64,000 nucleotides of DNA from positions 27,727 through 91,726 of the forward strand of contig CAVATM010000010.1 of assembly GCA_963591775.1 (NCBI GenBank), in the 5' to 3' direction. Of this stretch, positions 1 to 11,232 are shown piece after piece; within the stretch, counting starts at the first letter, position 1; every line of letters starts with the position of its first letter. The notes beneath the pieces were generated by a model that worked only from the letters and a program-made list of their open reading frames with translations, did not search any database and was not told the origin of the DNA. This stretch comes from a bacterium. GTDB taxonomy: Bacteria; Bacteroidota; Bacteroidia; Bacteroidales; Paludibacteraceae. Made by a program: the position numbers and the translations under genes.

Positions 1-855
1 GTGGTTACTCCGTTCGATGTTACCTACGAGGAGCCGACCGACTTTGCAGAGCGTATCGCACGCAACCAACAACTGTTGCTCAAAGAGGAAGCACACTTCG
101 ATAAGGTGGTTGACCCTGCTGCAGGCTCGTTCTACTTGGAGAACCTGACGCACGCTATTGCTACGGAAGCATGGAAGCAATTCCTCGCCATCCAAGAGCA
201 AGGCGGTATGTACGAGATGGTGGCTGCCGGCAAGGTACAAGCCGCTATTCAGGAGAACCTCACGAAGCGTCTGGCAGATGTAGCCAAACGCAAAGAAGTG
301 CTGCTCGGCTCGAACCAGTATCCTAACTTCACGGAGAAAGCAGCTAAAAAGATCAAGAATACCGACTGCGGATGTGGCTGCTGCGCTACACACCACAACG
401 ACATTCCCGCCCTGCCTGTGGCTCGTGCGGCAGAGGAGTTTGAGGCACTGCGTCTGGAGACTGAAGCGGCTAAGAAACAACCGGTTGCGTTCATGCTGAC
501 CATTGGCAACCTGGCCATGCGTATTGCCCGTGCACAATTCTCGTGCAACTTCCTCGCTTGCGCAGGATACAAGGTAATCGACAACAACGGATTCCAGACG
601 GTGGCAGAAGGTATCAAAGCCGCTCGCAAAGCCAAGGCAGACATCATCGTGCTCTGCTCGAGCGATGACGAATATGCAACGCTGGCACCCGAGGCATGGA
701 AGAAACTGCAAGGCGCAAAGGAGATATTCATCGTTGCCGGTGCTCCCGCCTGCATGGAAGACCTGCAGAAACTCGGTATTGAGAATTTCATCCATGTGCG
801 TTGCAATGTACTCGACACGCTGAAAAACCTCAACAAACAACTTCTAAATAAGTAG
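1..855 (+). CDS. mutA: methylmalonyl-CoA mutase small (beta) subunit, C-terminal part (5' end cut by window edge)
   Basis: The ORF is open from base 1. It has an MCM-like segment ([15 protein letters not shown]) and a C-terminal Rossmann-like segment ([13 protein letters not shown]). It ends 4 nt before the large-subunit gene. Confidence 0.85.
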   Translation: MVTPFDVTYEEPTDFAERIARNQQLLLKEEAHFDKVVDPAAGSFYLENLTHAIATEAWKQFLAIQEQGGMYEMVAAGKVQAAIQENLTKRLADVAKRKEVLLGSNQYPNFTEKAAKKIKNTDCGCGCCATHHNDIPALPVARAAEEFEALRLETEAAKKQPVAFMLTIGNLAMRIARAQFSCNFLACAGYKVIDNNGFQTVAEGIKAARKAKADIIVLCSSDDEYATLAPEAWKKLQGAKEIFIVAGAPACMEDLQKLGIENFIHVRCNVLDTLKNLNKQLLNK

Positions 856-859
856 CCGT

Positions 860-3004
860 ATGAAACCAAATTTCAAAGATATTGATATCAACAAAGTGGC
901 TGCTTCCCATGTAGAAGGAGCCAATGAAGCCAACTGGCAGACACCGGAACTGATCGATGTCAAGCCGATATACACCAAAGAAGACCTCGAGGGTATGGAA
1001 CACCTCGACTATGTGTCGGGTATTCCTCCTTTCTTGCGTGGCCCGTATAGCGCCATGTATCCGCTGCGCCCTTGGACGATTCGTCAGTACGCCGGTTTCT
1101 CCACTGCAGAGGAGTCGAATGCATTCTATCGTCGTAACCTCGCCAGCGGTCAGAAAGGTTTGTCCGTTGCCTTCGACCTGCCAACCCACCGCGGCTACAA
1201 TGCCGACAACATGCGTGTGGTAGGCGATGTCGGAAAAGCAGGTGTAAGCATTTGCTCGCTCGAGGACATGAAAGTCCTGTTTGCGGGTATTCCATTGAAC
1301 AAGATGTCCGTCTCGATGACTATGAATGGTGCCGTGCTGCCTATCCTTGCATTCTACATCAACGCAGGTTTGGAGCAAGGGGCTAAACTCGAAGAGATGG
1401 CAGGTACTATCCAGAACGATATTCTGAAAGAATTTATGGTGCGTAACACCTATATCTACCCGCCTAAGTTCTCGATGAAGATTATTGCCGACATATTCGA
1501 GTACACCTCACAGAAGATGCCGAAATTCAACTCGATCTCCATCTCCGGCTACCACATGCAAGAGGCAGGTGCCACGGCGGACATTGAGTTGGCTTACACG
1601 CTCGCCGACGGTATGGAATACTTGCGTGCCGGTATCAATGCTGGTATGGATGTCGATACTTTTGCACCGCGTCTGTCTTTCTTCTGGGCAATCGGTATGA
1701 ACCACTTTATGGAGATTGCCAAGATGCGTGCAGGTCGTATGCTGTGGGCTAAAATTGTGAAATCGTTCGGTGCAAAGAACCCGAAATCGATGGCACTGCG
1801 TACTCACTGCCAGACTTCCGGTTGGTCACTTACCGAGCAAGACCCGTTCAACAATGTAGGGCGTACCTGTATCGAAGCCATGGGTGCCGCACTCGGTCAC
1901 ACACAGTCGTTGCACACCAACGCCCTCGACGAGGCTATCGCATTGCCGACCGATTTCTCTGCCCGTATTGCGCGTAACACACAGATTTACATCCAAGAGG
2001 AGACCAAAGTCTGCAAGGAGATTGACCCCTGGGGCGGCTCGTACTATGTGGAGAGCCTCACGCAAGAGTTGATGAACAAGGCGTGGGAGCACATCCAAGA
2101 GATTGAGAAACTGGGTGGTATGGCAGCTGCTATCGAGACCGGTATTCCTAAGATGCGTATCGAGGAAGCCGCTGCCCGTACACAGGCGCGTATCGACTCG
2201 GGCACGCAAAAGATTATCGGTGTCAATGAGTATCGCCTCGACCACGAGGACCCCATTGATATTCTGGAGATTGACAACACCGCCGTTCGTGAAGAGCAGG
2301 TGGCTCGTCTAAAAGAACTGCGTGCCAATCGTGATGAGAAAGCCGTGCAAGAGTCGCTTGCCGAGATTACCGCTACCGTACAGGAGTGGGCAGACGGCAA
2401 GAAATGCTCGCACAACTTGCTCGATTTGGCGGTGAAAGCCGCAGGACTTCGCGCCAGTCTGGGAGAAATCTCCGACGCATGCGAGAAGGTAGTAGGACGA
2501 TATAAAGCAACCATTAGAACTATTTCAGGCGTGTACGCATCAGGAACTAAAAACGACAGTGATTTTGTCCGTGCACAAGAACTCACTGCAGCCTTCGCAA
2601 AGAAAGAAGGCCGTCAACCTCGTATTATGATTGCCAAGATGGGGCAAGACGGGCACGACCGTGGTGCCAAAGTGGTAGCAACCGGCTATGCCGACTGCGG
2701 ATTCGATGTGGATATGGGCCCCTTGTTCCAGACACCGGAAGAAGCAGCCAAGCAAGCCGTTGAGAACGATGTCCATGTATTGGGTGTCAGTTCGTTGGCA
2801 GCAGGGCATAAGACGCTCATCCCGCAAGTGATTGCCGAATTGGCTAAACTTGGTCGTCCTGACATCATGGTCATTGCGGGCGGTGTCATTCCGGCACAAG
2901 ACTACGACTTCTTGTACAAGGCAGGTGTAGCCGCTATCTTTGGCCCGGGTTCGCCGGTTGCCAAATCGGCCTGCACCATTATGGAACTGCTCATGCAGGA
3001 GTAG
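860..3004 (+). CDS. mutB: methylmalonyl-CoA mutase large (alpha) subunit
   Basis: 714 aa. Contains [20 protein letters not shown] and a C-terminal B12-binding [13 protein letters not shown] (DxHxxG) motif. Confidence 0.95.
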   Translation: MKPNFKDIDINKVAASHVEGANEANWQTPELIDVKPIYTKEDLEGMEHLDYVSGIPPFLRGPYSAMYPLRPWTIRQYAGFSTAEESNAFYRRNLASGQKGLSVAFDLPTHRGYNADNMRVVGDVGKAGVSICSLEDMKVLFAGIPLNKMSVSMTMNGAVLPILAFYINAGLEQGAKLEEMAGTIQNDILKEFMVRNTYIYPPKFSMKIIADIFEYTSQKMPKFNSISISGYHMQEAGATADIELAYTLADGMEYLRAGINAGMDVDTFAPRLSFFWAIGMNHFMEIAKMRAGRMLWAKIVKSFGAKNPKSMALRTHCQTSGWSLTEQDPFNNVGRTCIEAMGAALGHTQSLHTNALDEAIALPTDFSARIARNTQIYIQEETKVCKEIDPWGGSYYVESLTQELMNKAWEHIQEIEKLGGMAAAIETGIPKMRIEEAAARTQARIDSGTQKIIGVNEYRLDHEDPIDILEIDNTAVREEQVARLKELRANRDEKAVQESLAEITATVQEWADGKKCSHNLLDLAVKAAGLRASLGEISDACEKVVGRYKATIRTISGVYASGTKNDSDFVRAQELTAAFAKKEGRQPRIMIAKMGQDGHDRGAKVVATGYADCGFDVDMGPLFQTPEEAAKQAVENDVHVLGVSSLAAGHKTLIPQVIAELAKLGRPDIMVIAGGVIPAQDYDFLYKAGVAAIFGPGSPVAKSACTIMELLMQE

Positions 3005-3027
3005 TATCCTTGTCCATACGAAAAAAG

Positions 3028-3057
3028 AAGGGGTGTCCTATTGGGCACTCCTTTTTT
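3028..3057 (+). terminator. rho-independent terminator after mutB
   Basis: 11-bp stem (2 G-U pairs), loop TATT, followed by T6. Confidence 0.6.
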
Positions 3058-3143
3058 ATACAACAACATGAACCATACCATAGTATTCTAGGATTGTACT
3101 TGATCAACGCAACCGTACTATTGCGCAAACCACAAAAAAGGCG

Positions 3144-3151
3144 TATCTTTG
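3144..3151 (+). promoter_or_regulatory. Bacteroidetes -7 box TATCTTTG upstream of recQ-family gene
   Basis: Exact TAnnTTTG match 31 nt upstream of the ATG at 3182. Its position argues against the ORF-track start at 3149. Confidence 0.5.
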
Positions 3152-3181
3152 CATCACAAAAAGTTCCTCATTATACCCCCT

Positions 3182-4951
3182 ATGACTGCTCACGAGATAC
3201 TACAATACTATTGGCACTACGATGATTTCCGACCACTACAAGCCGATATCATCCAGTCTATCTTGTCGGGTAAAGATACACTCGCGCTCATGCCGACTGG
3301 TGGGGGGAAAAGTCTATGTTTTCAGGTGCCTACCATGGTACGCTGCACAGAGCATTGTACAACAACAGAACAAGAGATCGAGCCTAGACAAGGTCTTTGT
3401 TTGGTAATCACACCGCTCATTGCGCTGATGAAAGACCAAGTAGAGAACTTGAACCAACACAATATCCGAGCCGCTGCCATCTATACAGGTATGACATACG
3501 ACCAACAGAAGGTGGCACTCGATAATTGCCAATTTGGCCCTTATCATTTTCTATATGTCTCGCCGGAACGATTAGAAAGCACCGACTTTCGCAAAAGACT
3601 ACTGCAACTACCGATAGTGCTCATCGCTGTTGATGAGGCACATTGCGTCAGTCAGTGGGGCTATGATTTCCGTCCTTCTTACTTGCGTATTGCGGAGGTT
3701 CGAGATATACTGCCCGAAGTTCCCATTCTGGCACTCACCGCAACAGCCACTCCTGAAGTTGCCAATGATATTCAAGAACAACTTCATTTTCATCAGAAAA
3801 ATCTATTACAAAAAAGTTTCCATCGCGAAAATCTACAATATATTGTCCGCTATACGACCGAGAAAGAGCAGCAAATCATCCATATTCTCAGCCGCGTGGC
3901 AGGCTCAGCTATCGTCTATGTACGCAATCGAGCTCGCACAGTAGAAATAGCTAACCTACTCTGCCAAGCCGGACTTTCGGCCGATTTCTATCATGCAGGA
4001 CTCACGACGGCTGAGCGCAATGAAAAACAAAATGCGTGGAAACAATACAACGGGCAAACCGGAACTCGTATTATGGTGTGTACCAACGCCTTCGGGATGG
4101 GCATAGACAAACCGGATGTGCGTGTAGTCATCCACCACGATTTGCCGGATAGCCTCGAAGCCTACTACCAAGAAGCGGGACGAGGCGGGCGTGATGGGGA
4201 AACTGCTTATGCAGTCCTACTATACAATGCCAAAGACAAGACCAAAGCACAGAAACGAGTAGCCGACAATTATCCCCCAAAAGAATTTGTCGAGAAAGTA
4301 TATAATTGCACCTGCGATTTCTTTCAAATTGCGCTCGGTTTCGGTTATCAGAAGTCTTTCTCGCTGCATATCGACAAACTATGTTCCGTTATGCGGCTTC
4401 CAATTTTGCAGACTTATTCAGCACTACATATTCTCGACCAAGCAGGATACATTCGTTTGGAGGAAGACCACGAGACACGCCCTCGTGTTATGCTGCATGT
4501 TACATACTCTCAGTTGCGTGATTACCATTTTGATGCCGAGCGTACTGGTTTGCTAGAATATCTTATGCGCCACTATCCCGGAATTTTCACCGACCTACAG
4601 TATATCAATATGGAGGCCATTTCCGAGTCTTGCAATTGTCACATTCCTGTACATAAACTATTGGCGGAACTGGCTCAATATCATATTCTCACCTACATTC
4701 CACGCACCGTGGCTTGCACCTTCACCCTAACACAAGAGCGAGTTGATTCAATATGGTTATCACCTAAGGTATATGAGGAACGCCAACAGCAATACATCAC
4801 ACGCCTACAATCGATGGTCGAGTACGCCGAACAGACTCATTTTTGCCGTGAGCAATTGCTACTTGGGTATTTCGGAGAAACGGATGCTCCTGTATGCGGA
4901 CATTGTGATGTCTGCCGTGCTCGCGCAAAAGCAGAAGCCAATAACGAATAA
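3182..4951 (+). CDS. RecQ-family ATP-dependent DNA helicase
   Basis: Walker A MPTGGGKSLCFQ, DEAH box VDEAHCVSQWGYDFRPSY, motif VI YYQEAGRGGRDG, C-terminal Cys cluster CGHCDVC. Confidence 0.9.
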   Translation: MTAHEILQYYWHYDDFRPLQADIIQSILSGKDTLALMPTGGGKSLCFQVPTMVRCTEHCTTTEQEIEPRQGLCLVITPLIALMKDQVENLNQHNIRAAAIYTGMTYDQQKVALDNCQFGPYHFLYVSPERLESTDFRKRLLQLPIVLIAVDEAHCVSQWGYDFRPSYLRIAEVRDILPEVPILALTATATPEVANDIQEQLHFHQKNLLQKSFHRENLQYIVRYTTEKEQQIIHILSRVAGSAIVYVRNRARTVEIANLLCQAGLSADFYHAGLTTAERNEKQNAWKQYNGQTGTRIMVCTNAFGMGIDKPDVRVVIHHDLPDSLEAYYQEAGRGGRDGETAYAVLLYNAKDKTKAQKRVADNYPPKEFVEKVYNCTCDFFQIALGFGYQKSFSLHIDKLCSVMRLPILQTYSALHILDQAGYIRLEEDHETRPRVMLHVTYSQLRDYHFDAERTGLLEYLMRHYPGIFTDLQYINMEAISESCNCHIPVHKLLAELAQYHILTYIPRTVACTFTLTQERVDSIWLSPKVYEERQQQYITRLQSMVEYAEQTHFCREQLLLGYFGETDAPVCGHCDVCRARAKAEANNE

Positions 4952-4970
4952 CCAACACAAAGTCATCAAC

Positions 4971-5003
4971 AAAAAAAGGCTGCCACATAGACAGCCTTTT
5001 TTT
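4971..5003. terminator. bidirectional terminator between convergent recQ-like and mlaD-like genes
   Basis: A7-GGCTG ... CAGCC-T7 hairpin. Confidence 0.65.
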
Positions 5004-5041
5004 GTATTCGTATTTTGAACCGATGCGCACTATTCTTACTA

Positions 5042-5962
5042 TTACTTTGCTCGTTTTGCTTTTTTCTCTTTGCTTCCGAATAACGAGAAATGTACATACC
5101 TTTTAGGGTTTGCTTTCAGATCTGTCAACAAAGAATCTGCCGAAACTACTGTCGCATCGATATTTTGATAGAGAGACTTATCGTGCAGCAGCATTCCTAT
5201 CGTGCCACTATCCGAACGGATATCGGCTACTGCAAGATTCACATTTTCTATGGTAGAATCCAAGCGTTGAACGGTAGCCGCAATATCCGCTTTCTCCACA
5301 TTGGCCGCGATTGAGCGTATCGAGGCCATCGCACTATCCGCATTATCCACAATTGCAGGAACCTTATTCGCCATCAACCCTTTGACATCACGAGAAACGG
5401 TTGTCAAATCGGATGAAATAGCATCTATATTCTCCAACGAATTTTTTAGGTGGTCATTATCTAACTGACTATTGAGTTGAGCAACCAGGCTATCAATACC
5501 ATCCACCGTATTTCCCAACGAAGCCAACAAATCGGTTTGCAGGTTTTCTACCAATCCTGGGATATAAACAGTCGGTAGTACAGCCCCCGATTCGCACAAG
5601 TCAGCAGTATGTTCAACAGGCAATTGCAGTTCTATTGCCATACTTCCCAAGAGTCCATCGGCAACGAGAGCCATCTTAGTTCCTTGAGGTAGATCTATAT
5701 CTCGATTTATCGAAATATCTACCACAAACGCACTATCCTTGCTAAAATCGTAATGAATCTTATCCACCTGTCCTACCTTGTAACCATGAATATAAACAGG
5801 AGCCTGCTCTTCCAATTTGTGCAAATCGTTATACACCCCATGAAAGGAATACATGGAGGAGAATATATTCACACCTTTCAGAAAATTAAATCCGAAAAAC
5901 AACAAGAAAATACACAAGACGGCTAAGATACCGACTTTTATCTCACGCGCATATTTTACCAT
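5042..5962 (-). CDS. MlaD/MCE-family protein (N-terminal membrane anchor)
   Basis: 306 aa. N-terminal TM helix (ILAVLCIFLLFFGFNFL) followed by an MCE-like segment and a long helical tail. Confidence 0.7.
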   Translation of the reverse strand: MVKYAREIKVGILAVLCIFLLFFGFNFLKGVNIFSSMYSFHGVYNDLHKLEEQAPVYIHGYKVGQVDKIHYDFSKDSAFVVDISINRDIDLPQGTKMALVADGLLGSMAIELQLPVEHTADLCESGAVLPTVYIPGLVENLQTDLLASLGNTVDGIDSLVAQLNSQLDNDHLKNSLENIDAISSDLTTVSRDVKGLMANKVPAIVDNADSAMASIRSIAANVEKADIAATVQRLDSTIENVNLAVADIRSDSGTIGMLLHDKSLYQNIDATVVSADSLLTDLKANPKRYVHFSLFGSKEKKAKRAK

Positions 5963-6072
5963 AATATGTTTTTATTTGCATTGTTTTTATTTAGATTGGC
6001 CTATCCTTTATGCGAACCCAAGTTCTACATAAAAGTGCACCTATTCATTGATTTGCAATTTTTGCTCTATCA

Positions 6073-7257
6073 TTATTTCGCCTTCGGCTCCATTTTAATG
6101 ATCCAGCAATCGGGAAACAGGTTCTGGATTTTTTCCTTTTCTTTTACCACTTCATCTCGATTAGTGGACTCCCCATAATAATATTTGTACCATCCGTCCA
6201 ACTGCAGACATTTGCATTTTAATCCATGCAAACGAGAATCGTTCTCAGCGACGGGTACTTTGGAAGCCAATATCTGAATTGCATACACTGGCAACAAAAC
6301 TACTTCTTTTGTAGAAATACTATCCAATCTAGCCGCTTCTGCTGATTTGTTTTCTGTTAGAGGCGTACTAACACTATCTTTCTTCGTTTCCACAACTTGT
6401 CCTATCGTTTCTGCTTGTAGCGAATCTTTCTCCGCTACCACCTGCGCAGACGGTGAACTAGCATCCACTTGTGGTGTTGCTTTTCGGTGGACGAACTGCG
6501 CAAACGCATTACAGATCGATTGGGCTATTTCCTGCTGCCCTTTCGTTGAATTTAGATATTTCTCTTCCTCCGGATTCGAGATAAACCCCATTTCAAACAG
6601 AATACTCGGACACGCCGACTTCAGCAGTACCCAAAATGCAGCTTGCCGAACCCCTCGTTCTGCTCGATTCAGTTTTTCCACGCACTGACGTTGCACAAGA
6701 GTGGCAAACTGAAGCGATTGATCCATATAAGCATTCTGCATCAGTTCAAACATAATGTAGGAGTCTATCGAATTTGGGTCAAAACCTTGATATGCAGTCT
6801 GATAATCGGCCTCCAGTTTGATAACCGAGTTTTCGCGCATTGCTACATCCAGGTTTTTATCCATTTTCTCTGTACCCAGTACAAATGTCTCAACTCCTTG
6901 CGCAGACTTCGATTCCGAAGAATTGGTATGAATACAAATAAACAAATCCGCATTATTCGCATTCACTATATCTGCACGCTGTTGAAGGGGGAGAAAAATA
7001 TCCGTTTGTCGGGTATAAACCACCTTAATATCCGGAAATTGCTCGCTCAACATTTTCCCCACTAATAGCGACACATCCAAATTCAAGTTTTTCTCCTGCG
7101 ATATTTTCCCTACAGCACCAGGGTCTTTACCGCCATGCCCGGCATCTATCACCACCGTATAAGGTTTGGGAGTGACCGATTTCGCCCCAAGCGAACCACA
7201 CAGCAATAGCAGTCCGCCAAGCAAAAACAAGGAATATATATATCTCGCAAGTTGCAT
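6073..7257 (-). CDS. N-acetylmuramoyl-L-alanine amidase with C-terminal SPOR-like domain
   Basis: Amidase_3-like VVIDAGHGGKDPGAVG and ICIHTNS motifs. The SPOR-like tail reads YAIQILAS...WYKYYYGES. The start was moved to MQLARYIY (signal-like) because a -7 box lies at 7276-7283. Confidence 0.85.
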   Translation of the reverse strand: MQLARYIYSLFLLGGLLLLCGSLGAKSVTPKPYTVVIDAGHGGKDPGAVGKISQEKNLNLDVSLLVGKMLSEQFPDIKVVYTRQTDIFLPLQQRADIVNANNADLFICIHTNSSESKSAQGVETFVLGTEKMDKNLDVAMRENSVIKLEADYQTAYQGFDPNSIDSYIMFELMQNAYMDQSLQFATLVQRQCVEKLNRAERGVRQAAFWVLLKSACPSILFEMGFISNPEEEKYLNSTKGQQEIAQSICNAFAQFVHRKATPQVDASSPSAQVVAEKDSLQAETIGQVVETKKDSVSTPLTENKSAEAARLDSISTKEVVLLPVYAIQILASKVPVAENDSRLHGLKCKCLQLDGWYKYYYGESTNRDEVVKEKEKIQNLFPDCWIIKMEPKAK

Positions 7258-7275
7258 AGTTACACAATTTGGCAG

Positions 7276-7283
7276 CAAAGTTA
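7276..7283 (-). promoter_or_regulatory. -7 box TAACTTTG (minus strand) for amidase gene
   Basis: TAnnTTTG match about 19 nt upstream of the ATG at 7257. Confidence 0.5.
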
Positions 7284-7414
7284 CACTTTTTTGCTGAGAT
7301 AGCAAAGTGTAGGCCTCATTTTTGCCCATACTCGACCCATACCATCCCTAATCTATCCATCCTTTTGGCCATACGGAAAATTTCTATTCTTTATTACACC
7401 CTCTACTCCACATA

Positions 7415-7463
7415 TATACAAAAAAAGAATCGGCTGTCCAACCTATTGGCAGACAGCCGATTC
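7415..7463 (-). terminator. rho-independent terminator after nifJ
   Basis: 12-bp perfect stem GAATCGGCTGTC/GACAGCCGATTC followed by a T-run on the minus strand. Confidence 0.7.
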
Positions 7464-7521
7464 AATATCATTCTACCAAACGAAGCCGTATTACAGACAA
7501 CCGTTTGGCGCAAAAGTAACA

Positions 7522-10500
7522 TTACTTCTCCTCATTGTACGACTCCCACGAAGTCTGGAGCATACGCTGATACGAGCGGTAACGCCACTGTGCATTCTCG
7601 CGAGCAGCCTTGAACAAGTCGGCAGCCTCTGTCGGATATTGCTTCATTACGCTGGCGAAACGAACCTCACCCTTCAGATAATCTTCGAACTTATCCCACT
7701 GCGGCTCTTTGGAGTCGAGCGAGAACGGATTCTTGCCCTCTGCCTCCAAAGCAGGATTGTAACGCCACAAGTGCCAGTAACCGCATTCAACGGCCTTAGC
7801 TTCCTCAGCTTGGCTCTTGCCCATACCCGACTTCAAGCCGTGGTTGATACACGGAGCATAAGCGATAACGAGCGAAGGTCCTGGATATGCCTCTGCTTCG
7901 CGGATTGCCTTCAGTGTCTGTGCTTGGTCTGCACCCATAGCAATCTGTGCAACATAAACATAACCGTAGGTGGTTGCAATCATACCGAGGTCCTTCTTGC
8001 GTACACGCTTACCCATAGCAGCGAATTTAGCAATAGCACCGAGAGGTGTCGATTTGGAAGCCTGTCCACCGGTGTTCGAATAAACCTCCGTATCCAGAAC
8101 CAAGATATTGACATCCTCGCCCGAAGCGATCACGTGATCCAATCCTCCGTATCCGATATCATACGAAGCACCGTCACCTCCGATAATCCACTGGCTGCGT
8201 TTTACAATATGGTCTTTGTATTTCAAAATCTCCTTGCAGGTATCGCAACCACAGGCCTCCATGGCAGCAACCATCGGCTCGTAGAGTTTCTTCGTTACCT
8301 CAGCACTGTTCTTGTTCTCAAGCCACTCTTTGAACATTGCCTTCAGTTCCTCCGTGCAGCAAGCGCACTCAATTCCCTTAGTCATCAGGTTTTCCAGACG
8401 CTCACGCATCTTGCGGTGTGCAATCTCCATACCGAGACCGTACTCGCAGAAGTCCTCGAACAACGAGTTAGACCATGCAGGACCATGTCCTTTTTCGTTG
8501 GTAGTATAAGGAGTAGAAGGAACAGAACCTGAGTAGATCGAAGTACAACCTGTTGCGTTAGCCGCAATCTCACGGTCACCAAACAGTTGGCTGATGAGTT
8601 TCAGGTACGGGGTCTCACCGCAACCCGAGCAAGCGCCCGAGAACTCAAACAGCGGCGTAGCGAACTGAGAGTTCTTTACATTCGACTGAATATCAATGAG
8701 ATCTTGTTTGCTCTTGACATTATTGACGCAGTATTCCCAGTTTGCAGCCTCTGCCTCTTGTCCCTCCAGCGGAACCATAGCCAGTGCCTTTCCTGTCTTG
8801 GGGTTACCCGGACATACATCCACACAGTTGCCACAGCCGAGGCAGTCCATAACGCCCACTTGCATACGGAAGTGCATACCCTTCAACGCAGCAGGAGCCT
8901 TCATCTCGCGGGTCTCTCCGTTGATACCCTTAACTTCCTCCTCATCCATAACGAACGGACGCAAGCAAGCGTGAGGGCAGACATACGCACACTTATTACA
9001 CTCGATACAGTTCTCTGCAGTCCATACAGGCACGAATGCCGATACACCACGCTTCTCGTATTTAGCCGTACCAGAGGGCCAAGTACCATCTTCGATACCC
9101 TTGAATGCCGATACAGGCAGCAAGTCACCGTCTTGTCCGTTGATAGGACGAACGATGTTCGTTACGAACTCAGGCTCATTGCCATAGTTCGGTTTCTCGT
9201 CAGCACCGAGAGCAGACCATGCGGGATCGATGTCGAGCAAGTGATACTCACCGCCACGATCAACCGCAGCGTAGTTCTTGTTGACTACATCCTCACCCTT
9301 CTTTCCGTAAGACTTCACGATGAAGTGCTTCATTTCCTCAACTGCCTTCTCTACAGGGATAACGCCCGTAATACGGAAGAATGCCGATTGAAGAATGGTA
9401 TTTGTACGGTTGCCCAGACCAATCTCTTGAGCAATTTTGGTGGCATTGATATAGTAAACCTTGATATTATTGTCGGCGAAGTATTTCTTTACCTTGTTAG
9501 GCAAGTTCTTCTTCAACTCGTCACCCTCCCAAATAGTATTGAGCAGGAATGTACCGTTCTTCTGCAGACCACGGGTAACATCGTACATGTGCAGGTAAGC
9601 CTGAACATGGCAAGCCACAAAGTTAGGTGTGGTAACGAGGTAGGTCGAGTGAATCGGTTCGTCACCGAAACGCAAGTGCGAGCAAGTAAAGCCACCCGAC
9701 TTCTTGGAGTCGTACGAGAAGTATGCTTGGCAGTATTTGTCGGTGGTGTCACCGATAATCTTCACCGAGTTCTTGTTTGCACCAACGGTACCGTCAGCGC
9801 CCAAACCATAGAACTTGGCTTGGAACATGCCCTTGCCACCCATAGCGATTTCCTCGCCAACGGGGAGCGAAGTGAAGGTAACATCGTCGTTGATACCCAA
9901 TGTGAAGTGATTCTTCGGAGTCGGCAATGCGAGGTTCTCATAAACAGCCAACATCTGTGCAGGAGTGGTATCGTTCGAGCCCAAGCCATAGCGACCACCA
10001 ACAACCAAGATATTGTTCAATCCGAGTTCGTCGAGTGCATCCTTTACATCCAAGTACAGCGGTTCGCCATTTGCACCCGGCTCTTTGGTACGATCGAGTA
10101 CGCAGATACGCTTGGTGGTGGCAGGGATAGCCTCCTTCAAGTACTTCAGGCTGAATGGACGATAGAGGTGTACATTGATCATACCGAGTTTCTTGTTGCC
10201 TTTTGCAGCCTCGTAGTCAATCACCTCACGAATAGTCTCGCAAGCCGAACCCATACAGATTATGATGTTCTCTGCATCGGCAGCACCATAGTAGTTGAAC
10301 GGACGGTATTTACGACCGGTAATCTCCGAAATTTTGTCCATATAGTCGCTCACGATGTCGGCTACCTCGTTGTAGTAGGTATTGCAACTCTCACGGTGTG
10401 TGAAGAATACATCCGGGTTCTCTGCCATACCACGCATAACAGGACGCATAGGCGACAAAGCACGCTCACGGAACTCCTGCAGAGCCTGCATATCAACAAG

Positions 10501-11082
10501 CGGACGGAGGTCTTCCATATCAACCACCTCAATCTTCTGATACTCGTGACTGGTACGGAAACCGTCGAAGAAGTTCAAGAAAGGAACACGGCTCTTGATG
10601 GTCGAGAGGTGAGCCACACCGGCGAGGTCCATTACCTCTTGTACGCTACCCTCTGCCAACATAGCAAAACCTGTCTGACGGCAAGCCATCACATCCTGGT
10701 GGTCACCGAAGATACAGAGCACATGGCTGGCCAGTGTACGAGCCGATACATGGAATACGGTCGGAATCAACTCACCGGCAATCTTGTACATGTTCGGAAT
10801 CATCAACAGCAGACCTTGTGACGCAGTGAAGGTCGTCGTCAGTGCACCTGCAGCCAGCGAGCCGTGTACTGCACCGGCAGCACCGCCTTCCGATTGCATC
10901 TCTTGTACCATAACGGTCTCACCGAACATATTCTTGCGTCCGGCAGCAGCCCATTCGTCGACATTCTCTGCCATTGGCGATGACGGCGTGATAGGATAGA
11001 TAGCGGCCACCTCTGTGAACATATACGCGATATGCGCAGCAGCAGCGTTACCATCACAAGTCATAAACTTTTTTTCTTTCAT
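7522..11082 (-). CDS. nifJ: pyruvate:ferredoxin (flavodoxin) oxidoreductase
   Basis: 1186 aa. Two 4Fe-4S motifs (CIECNKCAYVCPHA, CLGCGNCVDVCP) and a TPP motif GGDGASYDIGYGGLDH. Confidence 0.95.
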   Translation of the reverse strand: MKEKKFMTCDGNAAAAHIAYMFTEVAAIYPITPSSPMAENVDEWAAAGRKNMFGETVMVQEMQSEGGAAGAVHGSLAAGALTTTFTASQGLLLMIPNMYKIAGELIPTVFHVSARTLASHVLCIFGDHQDVMACRQTGFAMLAEGSVQEVMDLAGVAHLSTIKSRVPFLNFFDGFRTSHEYQKIEVVDMEDLRPLVDMQALQEFRERALSPMRPVMRGMAENPDVFFTHRESCNTYYNEVADIVSDYMDKISEITGRKYRPFNYYGAADAENIIICMGSACETIREVIDYEAAKGNKKLGMINVHLYRPFSLKYLKEAIPATTKRICVLDRTKEPGANGEPLYLDVKDALDELGLNNILVVGGRYGLGSNDTTPAQMLAVYENLALPTPKNHFTLGINDDVTFTSLPVGEEIAMGGKGMFQAKFYGLGADGTVGANKNSVKIIGDTTDKYCQAYFSYDSKKSGGFTCSHLRFGDEPIHSTYLVTTPNFVACHVQAYLHMYDVTRGLQKNGTFLLNTIWEGDELKKNLPNKVKKYFADNNIKVYYINATKIAQEIGLGNRTNTILQSAFFRITGVIPVEKAVEEMKHFIVKSYGKKGEDVVNKNYAAVDRGGEYHLLDIDPAWSALGADEKPNYGNEPEFVTNIVRPINGQDGDLLPVSAFKGIEDGTWPSGTAKYEKRGVSAFVPVWTAENCIECNKCAYVCPHACLRPFVMDEEEVKGINGETREMKAPAALKGMHFRMQVGVMDCLGCGNCVDVCPGNPKTGKALAMVPLEGQEAEAANWEYCVNNVKSKQDLIDIQSNVKNSQFATPLFEFSGACSGCGETPYLKLISQLFGDREIAANATGCTSIYSGSVPSTPYTTNEKGHGPAWSNSLFEDFCEYGLGMEIAHRKMRERLENLMTKGIECACCTEELKAMFKEWLENKNSAEVTKKLYEPMVAAMEACGCDTCKEILKYKDHIVKRSQWIIGGDGASYDIGYGGLDHVIASGEDVNILVLDTEVYSNTGGQASKSTPLGAIAKFAAMGKRVRKKDLGMIATTYGYVYVAQIAMGADQAQTLKAIREAEAYPGPSLVIAYAPCINHGLKSGMGKSQAEEAKAVECGYWHLWRYNPALEAEGKNPFSLDSKEPQWDKFEDYLKGEVRFASVMKQYPTEAADLFKAARENAQWRYRSYQRMLQTSWESYNEEK

Positions 11083-11232
11083 TTTGTTTTTTAGTTTATT
11101 GAATGATGTATGTATTTGTATTTCAAAAGTGTATTCGTATCAAGCCCCACTCTCTTTTCTCTAAAATTTCTATCCCATACCCTGTTTATAGGCCCCACAC
11201 TCTACAGTTCCCTTACTACGAGGGCAAACGGA

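Noticed and set aside
3149-3181. N-terminal extensions offered by the ORF track (also 7258-7329, 17465-17557, 20175-20192, 29967-30080, 31391-31474, 33015-33158, 36701-36784, 40182-40313, 56458-56520, 61235-61273, 62720-62764)
   Set aside because: The extensions overlap -7 promoter boxes or upstream genes. They lack the signal peptide or conserved N-terminus that appears at the downstream ATG, so the shorter starts were used.
3335-3395. Possible ~17-aa insertion (RCTEHCTTTEQEIEPRQ) between helicase motifs I and Ia of the RecQ-like protein
   Set aside because: It is judged only against my memory of E. coli RecQ. The DNA is not palindromic or repeat-related, and the insertion may be normal for this paralogue family. 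It cannot be evaluated without an alignment.
8587-10821. 744-aa ORF on the plus strand, fully antisense to nifJ
   Set aside because: It has no recognisable motifs and an odd composition. It lies entirely inside a gene with unambiguous PFOR motifs. Long stop-free antisense frames are a common by-product of codon bias.
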